A stretch of 64,000 bases of DNA from an uncultured virus (IMG/VR IMGVR_UViG_2061766007_000711) (taxonomy: Duplodnaviria; Heunggongvirae; Uroviricota; Caudoviricetes): the IMG/VR virus record IMGVR_UViG_2061766007_000711. The stretch is one strand, 5' to 3'. Position 1 is the stretch's first letter; each line of letters starts with the position of its first letter. A program made the translations under genes and the position numbers. This document shows, one piece after another, positions 33,510-46,191 of the stretch. Below the pieces are notes generated by a model that saw nothing but the letters and a program-made list of their open reading frames with translations, was not told the DNA's origin and did not search any database.

Positions 33510-36500
33510 ATGAGCGAGCAGAATCCATACATTGTCAGGGAAGAGGAAGGCAAGGCAGCCACCATTAGGGATTTTGTCACCGGGATTCCGCTTACGCCGG
33601 ACGAGATGCACCCGGACGAGCACGGTATCCACCCGGTAAGCCCTCTCGGATTCCTCAACAAGACGGTCACCGATGACTACGGTAATCAGACTGTAAAGAA
33701 ACTTGACGTGCACGAGCCGGTAAAGGGGTTTGTCCCCTATAAGGTAGACGGTCTCACGGTCGAGCAGGCATACCTTGAATCCTACATTGTCACCGGGAAG
33801 TACAGCATATTCGTCGGTGACGCGGTGGCGTTCCCTGTACTATCCATAAGCCGGGTACCCAATGGCAACTCTCTTATTGTCCGGATTGACGGGAAAATAC
33901 CGACTAACGAAAACCAGGCGCTGTATTTCCGCAACATTACGGTGGACGACTATACTCCTACGGGATTGCCGATGGCGGCAGATGTAGCAACCAGGAATTT
34001 CAGCGTAGACAATAGTGGGGAAAATTCGGTAATAACTATATCTTTTTATGGCGTGTTCTCTGGTGTAGTTGGTGCAGGTAAGCTTCAATTGTGCATTAAG
34101 ATGCTCCCTAATACAAGTACCGGGAGAGCAAAGCAGTTCCTATGTGTGAGCGGCAATGACACGGTAGAGACCAACGGCATATTCAAGATTGGACTTACTC
34201 CCAATGCCGAGTTCCTGAAGATGTTCAATTATGGTGATGTTGCACCAACCGAAGAGTCGTGCTCGTTCAACCTCGCAGTTGCGTACCAGAGTGGCGCTTC
34301 CAACTATCTCGGCGTGGTGCATACGGACGGGACGGTCGAGGATGTCTTCAACGAATGTGAAAATACCTATGAATTCCGGTATGACCCCGGTTCCGCATAC
34401 AACAAGTTCAAGGTTACCTACGTAAACAAGCGTTTTACTGGGGTAGCGATGTCTGATGGTAAGCCGCTGCTGTCTTCCCGTTGCTATTTCAGGAGCAGTA
34501 ACTGGGGACCTTACCTTAGTACGGTCTATAGGTTCGATGAAGAATCTGGTGAGATGGTCTACATGAGCACCACATTTGAACCGGGAGAGCCGATAGAATG
34601 GAACAATGCCAAGCATCCTGAATCTGACCCGACTACGTTTGATTTCCAGAAGTGCCAAGGGACGACTCCCCCGCCTTTCCCCGAGTTTGTAGAGGATAAT
34701 GCTCTGTTCTACTGGGTTTCCGATGCGTACTCGTTCGAGAACATATCGTCCGGACCTCTCGATGACATGTACATCTATGTATATAACATCGAGGTTACCA
34801 AGGGGACGTCGGAATGCTACGCGAGCAACGGATATAGCGACCGGGAGGTGGCCGACTGGGTGCGTGAGAAGCTGGGGCCGGCAATAGACTATGCAAAGCA
34901 TCCGTATTCTGATGCAGGCAATGTCGATGGAGCAGGTGCATTCGTCAAGTGGTTCACCACGTGTCATACGGTTGATGTATCCGGCGGTATGGGCAGCAAC
35001 CACGTCAGTGTCCCCGGGTTCGGCCTTGGAAAGGGATGCCTGGGAAGCTGCAGTACACTTCATGTAGATTCTGATGAGCTTCCGGTGGAGCCGGTATCCG
35101 GGAAGTGGCTCACCTTCGGCTACAGCACAAAGCATGATGCCGTTGATGCATCCACGGGAAATCCGGCATTGCCTATGGACTGGCCGTTTACTGCGGTCAG
35201 TAATGCCACTACGGAATCAGAGAACAATATCACGCTGGTAAAGGATGGCGTGGCCATAAACGGGGCTACTATAGGCTCATTGACACGGTACGATGAGTGC
35301 GAGGTGTGCCATGGTACAGGCGAGGTTGATTCGTCGCCATGTACGGCATGCTGCGGAACAGGATACGCAAAGAGCGGTACCACGATGAACAAGGTTCATG
35401 TGTGCCTGTTCAATGATTTCGAACCGTCCGACGGTTCAAGCGGTACGCCGTATGACGAAACTACAGTACTCAAGAAGACCTTCATAAATCTCGGCACACC
35501 CCTTGACACCAAGGATGGCGATGAGTTCGAGATTACGGTCTCGCTGCCTAATGTCAACGTTGACCAGGCGTTTCCCGGTAGTAGTTCTTATGACAAGAAC
35601 CAGAGTGGATATTATGCATTCATTTCTCAGCCGCGAGTGTATGTGGTAAGTGGAACCTGGAAGTTCAGCGATACCAGGGTGAACGTGGATACTGCCCAGT
35701 CTACGGATACGGCAATAGTAGTCGACAGAAACTTCCTGACCTCAACCGGGGATATTCTTGACAACATTCGTGTTCGGGTTACCGTAATAGCCAATGGATA
35801 TCCGGTAGATGCTACGACCGTAACAGGCGTCTTGCTGGGCACAACCATTACTCTGGATGGGTGCCAGACGATTTTGCTGTCGCCTAATACGAACTATTCG
35901 ATATGTGGTGCCGCATATGTGGAGGCGAACAATGATACCCTTCCTTATGACAGTACGCCTATTGGCTTGAATGCAGTACGACGGACTGAAGGCGCGCTAG
36001 GAAACGACTATGGGTTTGGCGGCGGCCTGCAGGTATACAATCGGTTCTATGGAGCAGGCCCTGATGATACTGAGCGTGACCGTGATATGGTTATTGAACA
36101 ATCTGACAAGCGCCAGATAGTTGCCACTGTATATCCTACGGTCACCAATACGTTCGAATGGAACCTGTCCGGAAGCAAGACTCTCAACAATCTCGACCGG
36201 GTGATGACCCGCATGATTGAAGATGGTGCAAGTAGTATACTTGGGCGGATTGCATGGATGAACAATCGTATTCTTAAAGGCCACGAGGCTTTCATTTATG
36301 CTGCCGGTGGAGATATCTCGTTTACAGCAGACGAATATCCAATCGACATCAACAAGGTAGTGCAACCGGATGGTTCGAACAATTACTCCTATATAGGAAA
36401 GGTAGTCCAAGTTGCTGAACCGGAGCTGGAGCCTATAGATGATGACCATAGTATTATCACTAATCCATCGTCCAATCCGGTACGTCAGGCTATTCGCGCT

Positions 36501-38263
36501 GTAGGCATGCTTGCTGAAGATTACCGGAATGCCCGCGTGTGTACCGAGAAGATGCCGCTGGACTATGCGAATGATGTATACATGAAGCATCCCCGCAATA
36601 TAAGCGCGTCATGGACCAATGTGTTCGACGACCAGGATGACTACAAGTTCACGGACAGGCCCTATGACCAGTGCAACAGTGATGCCCAGTCAATACGGCT
36701 GAGAAATTTGGCACCGGTTGTTACAACGACAGGTGCACAGGATGATGGTACTCCGCTATCCCCAATACTTGGCCTGTCACCATACGTGTATTATAACGGT
36801 GGGACCAAGACGGTCGCTGAGTATCACGCCGGTAACCCCTATGACTATAACGAGTATGAATCGACCGATGCATTGCAGGAAGTGAAGTGTGATTTTGTTA
36901 ATAACACGTATGGCCGTAACTTCCTTGGAAGAAATAGTATAGCAGATGCGTGCATGCGGAAAGCACCGACATGGCTGAATACGGATGCTGAGATGAATGA
37001 CCTGTTCCGAGCAATCGAGATAGCGGCCATAGAAATGACTGCTGAGGTTCATGAAGCATATCAGCAAAACTACTCAAGCGACTGGCTGATGCCATTTGAT
37101 GCTTTTGCCAGGATAGTGTCACCCGATAACATCCCGGTGCCTATCGAAGGAAACCCTGACTATGGCAGCATCTCCCAGGAGGCCACCGTATGGTATGGCG
37201 GCGATGCGTATCATTATTACCGTATACTAAAGGGATACGAGCTGGGGTCGGGATATTCTCCTGATGGCATGATTGCCACTACCATGGACAATGCAGGTGA
37301 GGGCGTACCCGAACTGGTCGATTTCCTCATGACGTACATACCCAGTTACGGTGCTGACCTCCCGGTAAGGAACTGGGATAGCTTCCGCGTGAAAGTAAAG
37401 AAGAATGGCCCGTCCGGCCAGGATGACCAGAAGAACCCGGTATATCTCACCAGGATGAAATGGTACGGTACCCAGTGTACTGAACCCGATAGGGGAAAGT
37501 ATGCCGCCGATGCATTTATCGGCGGGNNNNNNNNNNNNNNNNNNNNCGCACTTTCGTTGAGCATTACACGAGGAACATAAGTTCTACTCCGTATACTCTC
37601 GGACCCATGTTTGACAATACGAGGGATAGTAGTTGTGCGCCGTTCAATAGCAGTTCCGATTACCATGCGGTTGCCTATATACGAATGTTCATGAAGTTTA
37701 CCTTCTCTGCGGATGCGGGGAGATGGTACTGCACCGATTACCGGCAGGCACCTGTTTCCTATCTGACTCCTCTGTATGGGGCCAGGGCGCTTGAGGAAAA
37801 ACTCGGGGAGCACAATATATGGGAGGCATCTTCCTGCGCAAATCTTTCATGGCAGGATGTTACAAGAAAGCTCTATGACGAATATCAGCCGCTTGACATA
37901 AACCCGAGCATTGTCGACGATGTTATGGAGGCAGATGACTACGGGCGTACTAGGCTTATGTACCCGGATGCCCCGGTGATGGCGGGTGGTTTAGGACTGA
38001 GCGTGACTACCAGCAAGAGCGGGAACGAGACAACTCAAGTCTCTATGGACAAGACGGCAAACTTCTGGAACGTGCGCCAGCATCTCCGGCCGGCTACCGG
38101 TGCTATGCCCGGTACGGATATTCCGAGCTATGCGGTGAACCCCGATACGGGAGAATGGGAGCATGGTGATGTTGGCGGCATAATGTCGGATGCAGTACTA
38201 TGGGGACAGTTCGACTATCCCAAGAAGCGGGATGTGGAGTATGTCCTCCCGGATGTAGAATAA
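33510..38263 (+). CDS. Very large putative virion protein (one gene broken by the gap at 37527) with CxxCxGxG zinc-finger motif
   Basis: ORF 33510-37526 continues in the frame of 37607-38263; CEVCHGTG..CTACCGTG. Confidence 0.6.
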
Positions 38264-38303
38264 CAAGTAACGGGAAGTGCGAGTACTCGAGGTTATGTAG
38301 TAC

Positions 38304-38603
38304 CTATCTCGTCCCGCCGAACTTTACTGTATTGTGTATGAAGAACCGGATGCCGCAGCCGTGGCAATCCCGGAACGTCCCGCGTATGTCGTCGTGGTTG
38401 GGGATGGCGGGCCCTTCGGTCGCATTTCCGCAGGAAGGGCAGGTGAACCCGGATATGAACTTATTCAGGCCGGTCCTTACCGGCAGCGTGATGTCGACGG
38501 TGCCGTTGTCCCAGAACCTCACCGGTATGTCCGGGTGTTCGGTCATGTACTTGGCCACGTGCCCCAGCCTGGGGTTCATTTCAAGGAGCTCGTCTACGGT
38601 CAT
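38304..38603 (-). CDS. Zinc-ribbon hypothetical protein
   Basis: CPSCG and CHGCG motifs. Confidence 0.55.
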   Translation of the reverse strand: MTVDELLEMNPRLGHVAKYMTEHPDIPVRFWDNGTVDITLPVRTGLNKFISGFTCPSCGNATEGPAIPNHDDIRGTFRDCHGCGIRFFIHNTVKFGGTR

Positions 38604-38830
38604 AGCAGGTACTTTACTGATGCGGCTATTCCGACCCCGATGCCAACCAGCACGGGCAGGGACAGCATGGCCAGCGCGGTGTACCAGAACAGTCTACGGA
38701 GGTTCCACTCGTCGGTCTCTATGCTGTACAGCTTCATGTAGTCCATCGAGTATATGAACTCGGCCGCCAGGGCAAGCCAGGCGAGCTCGAACATGTTGAG
38801 ATATTGGTTCTGAGGTACTCTCGTTATCAT
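38600..38830 (-). CDS. Small membrane protein
   Basis: Two hydrophobic segments; ATGA overlap with the next gene. Confidence 0.5.
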   Translation of the reverse strand: MITRVPQNQYLNMFELAWLALAAEFIYSMDYMKLYSIETDEWNLRRLFWYTALAMLSLPVLVGIGVGIAASVKYLL

Positions 38831-38839
38831 GCTACGAAA

Positions 38840-39514
38840 CTAAATCAAATCGACCGTCTCGTCCATTACCGGGTCGGGGGCAGCGGAGGCGTTGTCCACC
38901 CAGAGCTGCACCGGTATCTCCGAGGTCTCGTCGTCGAGCTGGCCGATGAACTGGTACCCGCTCCGGGCGAGCCCCTCGATGCACTCCTTGTCGGTGGAGT
39001 CCACGACGATGAAGGTGGGCGTATCCAGCGCGTTCAGCTGGGCCCTGAGCTCCTGCCCGACGCCGCTGTTGCGGTACTCGTCTGCCACGGCGAAGAACTC
39101 CTGCTGCACGCGGCCGTCCAGGTTGTACCCGCTCAGGAGGCTGTAGTACTTGATGGGGCATACTCCCCTGTAGTCCTCCTTGGTCGGGTCGATTAGGTTG
39201 GCTGCCGCCACCGGGAAGTCGTCGTCGGTGATGTATACCACCGTGACGGAGTTCATTAGCCTGTCCAGGGTGCTAGGGGTGGCCACCGGTACGTGGTTGT
39301 CGCTTGGCGGGGTGGTGTCGTTCCTGCCGTCGATGACCGCGGCGATGTCCCTGAGGGTGGACTCCTCGATGTCGGATGGCGACTTGGCGTACGCCTTGAA
39401 CCGGTTCGGGTCCAGCTTGGGAGCCTCGGCGGGAATGTCGTCCTGCGCGCCGATTGCCTCGCACATGATTAGTGCAGTGTCCATGCCTTCCATGTCGGAG
39501 AATAGCTTCGTCAT
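38840..39514 (-). CDS. GNAT-like acetyltransferase
   Basis: FAVADEYRNSGVGQEL motif A; LARSGY. Confidence 0.6.
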   Translation of the reverse strand: MTKLFSDMEGMDTALIMCEAIGAQDDIPAEAPKLDPNRFKAYAKSPSDIEESTLRDIAAVIDGRNDTTPPSDNHVPVATPSTLDRLMNSVTVVYITDDDFPVAAANLIDPTKEDYRGVCPIKYYSLLSGYNLDGRVQQEFFAVADEYRNSGVGQELRAQLNALDTPTFIVVDSTDKECIEGLARSGYQFIGQLDDETSEIPVQLWVDNASAAPDPVMDETVDLI

Positions 39515-39515
39515 C

Positions 39516-39992
39516 TTAGTACTCCCAGGTGTTTTCCTCGGCGTTGTATCTCCCGCCGCTGGTCAAAGTGTTGTTTTCCTTGTTGTTGTACACGGTCTCG
39601 TCACAGCAAGGCGGCGAGGAGAGGTCGGAGTTCATGTCGTTGATAATCCGGGAGAAGGTATTGGCAAGGGTCGGCGTGCTGCCATTCTTCAGGTCCTTGT
39701 ATATCTTCTTGACCGCCTTCCATGACTGGGTGTCCTCCACCCTGGAGGAGTCATTCATCTCCTGATGGATTCCGTCGGCTATCTTCATGGCTAGCTCGGT
39801 TACGCTCTCCCGGGTCACGGGAGTATTTTCCGGCATGTCCAGGGTGAGCTGCTGCTTCCCCCCGGCGCTGCACCCGGAGAATACGGTTCCGGCCACGAGG
39901 GCGCCTATGGTGAGCAGCTTCCGGAAGAACCCGGACTCTGCCAGTACAGCCTCGTATCCCTCCATGAGGGCCATTTTCAGTTCGGAATCCAT
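39516..39992 (-). CDS. Hypothetical protein with hydrophobic segment
   Basis: ORF preceded by ATAAACT (40014-40020, minus strand). Confidence 0.6.
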   Translation of the reverse strand: MDSELKMALMEGYEAVLAESGFFRKLLTIGALVAGTVFSGCSAGGKQQLTLDMPENTPVTRESVTELAMKIADGIHQEMNDSSRVEDTQSWKAVKKIYKDLKNGSTPTLANTFSRIINDMNSDLSSPPCCDETVYNNKENNTLTSGGRYNAEENTWEY

Positions 39993-40077
39993 GAAAACCT
40001 TCGCTTTTCTAGCAGTTTATCATCGGTAAGATGTAGTTTCGTATAAAACTTTGCTATATTTATGAGGAGGATTCGAG

Positions 40078-40344
40078 ATGAATGCCAGACTTGAGGAATT
40101 TACGTCAGACTATGTAGTGGTTCCGACATTTGCCACCGGCAACTACGGGATTACCAACGTCGAGCGCGGGGACATGACCGACAAGGAGTGGTCGATTTGG
40201 AACCGCGTGCGTACGGCGCCCGAAATCAAGGCCGCCATTAAGTCCGCGCCCCGACCCCAGGAAATACCGGGGAGGGTCCTCGCAGTACTAGAAGAAAAAG
40301 GGATAGCAAGATGCCTTACAAACCAGGAACGACCTATTATGTAA
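40078..40344 (+). CDS. Hypothetical protein
   Basis: TGCTATATT promoter motif and GAGGAGG SD. Confidence 0.6.
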   Translation: MNARLEEFTSDYVVVPTFATGNYGITNVERGDMTDKEWSIWNRVRTAPEIKAAIKSAPRPQEIPGRVLAVLEEKGIARCLTNQERPIM

Positions 40345-40828
40345 CCGAGGCCGACTGCCGTACGGCCTTCGACCAGTGCAAGGGATGCAGCTTCGTATCG
40401 TCTAACGAGCGTTACAAGGACTGTGCTGACCGGGTATACCTCGATATCGAGGGGGATGATGACCTGGTGAACGCCTTTGCCGCGCAAATCAGCGACCAGG
40501 CCAGGCCGTACCTCCAGAAGGCGTTCTCCGATGTCAACTGGAATGCATACGACCACCTCCTGATTATCACCGGCGGCATGCTCCGGTGGATTACCGTCAT
40601 GGCGGCAATCTGCGAGTATATGGACCGCACCAGGAAGATTGGCGAGGCCAAGAAGATGCTTATCTGGGCGGCGGACAGGCTAACCCGTAGCTGTGCCGGC
40701 ACGGACTTCGTCGAGCGCTTCGCTGACCAGTTCGGGCTGCAGTGCGACGGTCGCCGGGAGGAGGTCTGCCGTATATACGCCATAGCAATGCTCGTCGGAA
40801 TCTTCGGCCACGAACTCGGCCACATGTG
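40311..40828 (+). CDS. Putative zinc metallopeptidase (3' end in gap)
   Basis: GIFGHELGH HExxH motif. Confidence 0.55.
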
Positions 40829-41247
40829 NNNNNNNNNNNNNNNNNNNNNNNNNNNNNNNNNNNNNNNNNNNNNNNNNNNNNNNNNNNNNNNNNNNNNNNN
40901 NNNNNNNNNNNNNNNNNNNNNNNNNNNNNNNNNNNNNNNNNNNNNNNNNNNNNNNNNNNNNNNNNNNNNNNNNNNNNNNNNNNNNNNNNNNNNNNNNNNN
41001 NNNNNNNNNNNNNNNNNNNNNNNNNNNNNNNNNNNNNNNNNNNNNNNNNNNNNNNNNNNNNNNNNNNNNNNNNNNNNNNNNNNNNNNNNNNNNNNNNNNN
41101 NNNNNNNNNNNNNNNNNNNNNNNNNNNNNNNNNNNNNNNNNNNNNNNNNNNNNNNNNNNNNNNNNNNNNNNNNNNNNNNNNNNNNNNNNNNNNNNNNNNN
41201 NNNNNNNNNNNNNNNNNNNNNNNNNNNNNNNNNNNNNNNNNNNNNNN

Positions 41248-41684
41248 AGGACATCGAGAGGGACATCCCCAAGATGCTCCCGTTGAACAAGTACTCCGTC
41301 GACCTGGAACTCGAGATACCGGATACCCTGCAGCAGTACCTCCCGGCCTACGTCGAGGGGATGAAGCTGAGGGACAACCCGGACATCAAGGGCGGCAACG
41401 ACGGCGCCCTGATTCCAGCCTACGGCGCCCCGAAGGAGGTCGTCAAGAAGTGGAAGAAGTTCCTGATGGAGAACTACGACGACGCCTTCGACAAGTCCAC
41501 CGGACCCGACATGGTAATCGACTCGGCCATCAGCTGCACGCTGGAGGACTCCATCAAGGACTCGCTGGAGTCCCTGTGGGACGAGACCCTCGAGGAGTCT
41601 CTCGGGGCCGCTCCCGAGGTGCCACCGGGATACCGCCGGGATGCCCGGTTCATCCACCTGGTAGACTGGAAGGTGAGGACATAA
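41248..41684 (+). CDS. Hypothetical protein (5' end in gap)
   Basis: Open frame after the N gap with phage-typical codon usage. Confidence 0.5.
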
Positions 41685-41787
41685 AATAGTAGATTAAAAC
41701 TAGGTTGACTCCCGTTCATTTCGTGGCGAAAAATGCCAGATTAATATATCTGGTGGACAAAACCTAATAGTTTAAAAGCGAGGAAAT

Positions 41788-42606
41788 ATGATGCACGAGT
41801 TCTTCGAGAGACTGGAAGTGTTCTCCCTGATACAGGCGGACCCAAAGTACAAGTCCTTTACATATGACAAGATACCTATGGTGGGTGTCACCAAGGTATG
41901 CCAGGCATGCACTCCGCCGTTTGACAAGGTCGGGCAGGCTACGAAGAAGGCTGCCAAGCTGACTGCGGAAGGTACACCGACCACGCCGGAACAGCTCATC
42001 GCCGAGTGGGACCTGTCCGGAAAGATTTCTACCGAACTGGGATGCGCCCTGCACTCGTACATCGAGGCTTCGCTTGCCAACAAGTTCTCCCGCTATCCGG
42101 CGGACGAAATCAAGAAGGCATTCCAGGGAGAGGACCCGGTGTTCCAGAGGTACACCAAGGTGTGCTCCCAGTTCGACGCGATGCGCGAGAAGTTCCGCGG
42201 CAAGATGATACCGGTGGCGTCCGAGCTTGTCGTGGGCGACCCATCCACCATGATATGCGGAATCATCGACCAGCTCTTCTGGAACAAGACCGCGAACGAG
42301 TTCCAGATATGGGACTGGAAGACCAACAAGGAACTGAAGATGTCCTCCCAGTTCATGCTGAACGACCCGCTGGGCCACGTATCCACGTCGGACGTGGACA
42401 AGTTCTCGCTGCAGGTTTCCTTCTACAAGAAGATTTTCACGAAGATGACGGGCATACCCGTCGGCAACTGCTACATCTGCTGGTTCTCCTCCGAGCGCGA
42501 GGCTGGGCAGATTATTCCTGTCAAGGACATGAGCAAGGAAGTAGAGATACTCGAGCAGTTGTCGATGAAGCAGCGCGGCATCGTAGACCAGAATTCGGTG
42601 TTCTAA
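41788..42606 (+). CDS. PD-(D/E)xK exonuclease (Cas4/RecB-like phage exonuclease)
   Basis: GCALHSYIE, SELVV, GIIDQL, WDWKT, QVSFY. Confidence 0.85.
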   Translation: MMHEFFERLEVFSLIQADPKYKSFTYDKIPMVGVTKVCQACTPPFDKVGQATKKAAKLTAEGTPTTPEQLIAEWDLSGKISTELGCALHSYIEASLANKFSRYPADEIKKAFQGEDPVFQRYTKVCSQFDAMREKFRGKMIPVASELVVGDPSTMICGIIDQLFWNKTANEFQIWDWKTNKELKMSSQFMLNDPLGHVSTSDVDKFSLQVSFYKKIFTKMTGIPVGNCYICWFSSEREAGQIIPVKDMSKEVEILEQLSMKQRGIVDQNSVF

Positions 42607-43063
42607 TGGATATAGAGAAGATTGAGAAGATTGAGAAGATAAAGGCGTCGTTCACGGACGAGCAGAGGGAACTCTACAACGTCCTACTGGGCGATACGGA
42701 GAAGCTCCACAGAGAGTGGAAGCTGTGCCACGACATGTACAAGAAGGCGATTGCCGTGGTCAAAGCGAAGGAGACTGGGCCCGAGGTCCGCCTCCTTCTC
42801 CGTCCCGCATCTACGGACTACTGGAGTCGACGCAGGCTCGNNNNNNNNNNCGAGAGTGGAAGCTGTGCCACGACATGTACAGGAAGGCGATTGCCGTGGT
42901 CAACGCGAAGGAGACTGGGCTCGAGGTCCGCCTCCTACTGCGACCCGCCTCATCAGACTACTGGAACCGACGCAGGCTCGTACTCGAGCGCTCACTGGAG
43001 AAGGTCGGCATGAACGACCTTCTCGTCGCATGGCGCAAGGAGGCCTCCGATGCCGAGAAGTAA
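42606..43063 (+). CDS. Hypothetical protein (central segment duplicated across gap)
   Basis: 42711-42840 repeated at 42851-42980 with SNPs. Confidence 0.5.
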
Positions 43064-43475
43064 GAAGCCGCTGGACTCCTTTATCGTCGACCTTATAGAG
43101 GCAGGCGTGCCAACAAAGGAAGGACGCATCTACCCGACGGCAGTAGTCGAGAATATTCTCGGCCAGTTACAGCATAGTCCGGTCACAATCGAGGAGGTTT
43201 CTCCACTTGAACGGAAGGCAAAGGGTATTCCTGTATGCTACTCGTGGCCTGAACACGCGATGGCGAAGTCCTCGGATGCGGAAATAGTCGATAACCACCT
43301 GAAGATTAAGTTCGATGTCATCAACAACAAGTATGGAAAGCTCCTAAAGAAGACCTATGATGAGCACAAGCTGAAGTACATCCCGGTGGGAATAGGTGAC
43401 GTCAACGAGAAGAACGAGGTTACCGAATACAAGATTCAGTATGTAACCTTCAAGGTGGAAGATGGGACGAATTAA
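43050..43475 (+). CDS. Hypothetical protein, weak resemblance to prohead protease fold
   Basis: TKEGRIYP resembles the gp21 motif N.NGRIYP. Confidence 0.45.
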   Translation: MPRSKKPLDSFIVDLIEAGVPTKEGRIYPTAVVENILGQLQHSPVTIEEVSPLERKAKGIPVCYSWPEHAMAKSSDAEIVDNHLKIKFDVINNKYGKLLKKTYDEHKLKYIPVGIGDVNEKNEVTEYKIQYVTFKVEDGTN

Positions 43476-44749
43476 TGTCATGATGCGGATTTCCGACGAC
43501 GGGAAGGTAGCCAGGACCAACGTGTTCGGGATTTCCGGCATATGGAACAAGGGAACCATTACGGACAAGTTCTATGGTACCGTGGCCATCCTCAGCGAGT
43601 GCATGGCCACCCACGGGGCGGTCCCCGGTATCATCGCCATGTGCCCCATAGCGGTACCCGTGAACGGCAGCTGNNNNNNNNNNCGTAATGCTCCGTATCT
43701 CTGATGACGGGAAGGTCGCCCGGACCAACGTGTTCGGGATTTCCGGCATATGGGGCAAGGAAGCGATAACGGACAAGTTTTATGGAACAGTCGCCATCCT
43801 CAGCGAGTGCATGGCCACCCACGGGGCTCTCCCCGGCATAGTCGCCATGTGCCCCCTGTCTATCCCGGTGAACGGCAACTGGCTGCTCCGGAAGGTCGTA
43901 GAGAAGATTGTCGACTCCGAGGACGACATAGAGGCAACCGTGTTCGCCGACGAGGGAACCTACCGGGGAATCCTCGACTGCGACCGGATAAATGACGTGT
44001 GGGTCATCGAGCATGAGTCTGCGGAAAATGCCTTCATTTACCGCGGATGGGACCGGGAGGAACCGGAAAAGTGTGGCATCTACCGGATTGTACGCATGTC
44101 CCGCAAGCACACCCTGGACATATCCGAGGACGACATGACCGCCGAGATTGAGCGCATGGAGTCAGAGATGGCCGACGAGCCGATGAACGAAAAGGAGGAG
44201 GCCATGCTGGACCGCATCTACGGAATCATTTCCGGTGGATGGAAGGTGTTCGACCGTTATGGTCACGACATGTCCGAGTTTCTGAAGAACACCGCTCCCG
44301 GAACCGTAACCGGGGGCATTGACGGTGACGACTACGACGGCTGTCTCGAGGACGACCAGGAATCCGGCAACGCCAAGGACCTGATGGACATGCTCAAGGA
44401 CGAGGCCCTCGACGCGCCAGCCCCGCTGCGTACGGTACAGCTCATGTCGTCCACGATATCCATGCTCAGCGAAACTATACTGAAGGAGACCGAGAACCGG
44501 AAGAACTCATACCTTGAGCTCGCACGCAAGTTCTCCGAGCTCGACGAGAGGGCAACCGGCGTAATCCGGGACTACGAGGAGGCGTCCGCCGTGACCCGCG
44601 AGGCTGTCCGGGAGGAAATCGGGGGTCTCAGGAGGCAGCTCGGGCTGGTAATCGCAGAGCGCCGTGCGGGAAGGCTCCTCTACATACTCTGCACAATCCT
44701 CTGCATAATGTCCGCGATAGCCAACGCGGTCATGTTCTTCGTACGATAG
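43462..44749 (+). CDS. Hypothetical protein with C-terminal coiled coil and TM helix (N-terminus duplicated across gap)
   Basis: MRISDDGKVART segment present twice; hydrophobic C-terminus. Confidence 0.6.
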
Positions 44750-44786
44750 ACACATAAACTACGGGTATCGAACCGAGGATGTTCAA

Positions 44787-45572
44787 ATGCCCGATTTTGT
44801 CAAGAAGGAACTCATGGAAGCCTGCGCGGGAAGCCCTGCGCAATTTACCGACAGCGTGTCCAGCGCCTACGACGCAGTGTTCGAGTCCGAGGAAGAACCA
44901 CTGGATGAAAGCCTGTTTGGCTGCGCTGTCAGTGGTGCCGGCGCATACATGGGATACCGTGGTGCCAAGTGGGCAGCCAACAAGCTTTTCGGTGACGGGA
45001 AGGAGGACGCGGAATCCGATGACAAGGAAGACAAGAAGCTTCCCGAAGCTGTAGATTCACTGGAAGAATGCGGTGGGGAAACCCTAGAGGAAGGCATTCT
45101 AGGGAATGCGGCCAAGCATGCAGCCGCTACGGCCGGTGCCTACATGGGTTACCGTGCTGCCAAGTGGGGAGTAAACAAGCTATTCGGCAAGGACAAGAAG
45201 AAGAAGTCGGATTCCCGTTCAAAGGGTCCCGACTGCAATCTTGGTTCCGACAAGGGAAGCCCGGATAGCGACCTGGGCGGCAAGAAGCTCGACGAGGCAG
45301 TGACGACTACAGCACCGGCAAACAGCCCCGCTGCACAGTCCGCCACCCAGCCCGCGAACCAGCAGAACAATGGCGACGTCATCCCGGTGAACACCGAGAA
45401 CATCCTTTCTAGCAAGAACGCCGCGGCAATCCCGGCACTCCTCAAGAACGCCCAGCAGACCCAGCAGCAGGCCGACAAGGCGCAGAAGGCTCTCGATGAC
45501 GCCCTCGTTGCAGGAAGCAACGACCAGAACACCCAGGGTACACAGGGGACCAGCCAGAATGCCCAGGCATAG
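44787..45572 (+). CDS. Probable internal head protein with duplicated GAYMGYRxAKW motif
   Basis: ATAAACT upstream; many (L/V)xE(S/A/G) sites. Confidence 0.55.
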   Translation: MPDFVKKELMEACAGSPAQFTDSVSSAYDAVFESEEEPLDESLFGCAVSGAGAYMGYRGAKWAANKLFGDGKEDAESDDKEDKKLPEAVDSLEECGGETLEEGILGNAAKHAAATAGAYMGYRAAKWGVNKLFGKDKKKKSDSRSKGPDCNLGSDKGSPDSDLGGKKLDEAVTTTAPANSPAAQSATQPANQQNNGDVIPVNTENILSSKNAAAIPALLKNAQQTQQQADKAQKALDDALVAGSNDQNTQGTQGTSQNAQA

Positions 45573-46137
45573 CGCCATACTCTCCTTCATGAGGGACATG
45601 TACCGCAAGACCGGCAGTCCCGCAGTCCTGGAAGCTGCCAGGGCGTACCGCCGCATCTTCATGGAGCAGGCGCTTCCCGCGTCGGCCACCAGGCAGACTC
45701 CGGCAATCGACTACAAGGGCTTCATGCATACAGTCGCGCATGCGCCGGCAGGCACCAACCAGCCCGACGTGTGCCCCGCGCAGGTCAACACCATCATCAA
45801 CGGTACATGCACCAGGGACACCGGGGAGGAGACCGCCAAGCAGAAATGGGAACCTCCCGAGTTTGCCCAGTTCACCCCCGGTGAACTGAATGCGGAACTC
45901 CTGCACGGCAGGGTAGGCCCCACTCCGAAACCGGAGAACTTCAACGACTACAACCGGAAGACCAACGAGCAGCTCCAGAAGAACGGGAAGAAGAATCAGC
46001 AGGACAAGGCGTACCTTGGAGTGCCCGACAGCACCATGCCCGCGTGCTGCGGATTTACCATTACCAACCCCCGGTACCAGCAGGGCGTCTACGCCGGGGA
46101 TGCCGGGGGAGCCTCCGGGGGAGCACCGGGAGCATAG
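45559..46137 (+). CDS. Hypothetical protein
   Basis: ORF overlapping the stop of the previous gene. Confidence 0.55.
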   Translation: MPRHSAILSFMRDMYRKTGSPAVLEAARAYRRIFMEQALPASATRQTPAIDYKGFMHTVAHAPAGTNQPDVCPAQVNTIINGTCTRDTGEETAKQKWEPPEFAQFTPGELNAELLHGRVGPTPKPENFNDYNRKTNEQLQKNGKKNQQDKAYLGVPDSTMPACCGFTITNPRYQQGVYAGDAGGASGGAPGA

Positions 46138-46191
46138 CCGGAATATTGCGGGAGGTCGCCAGCAGGCGGCCTTTTTGCTATATTTGTAGGC

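Noticed and set aside
41788..42606. Exonuclease as a CRISPR Cas4 partner of the Cas12-like gene
   Set aside because: Lacks the C-terminal Fe-S cysteine cluster, lies 10 kb away and is a common solo phage nuclease
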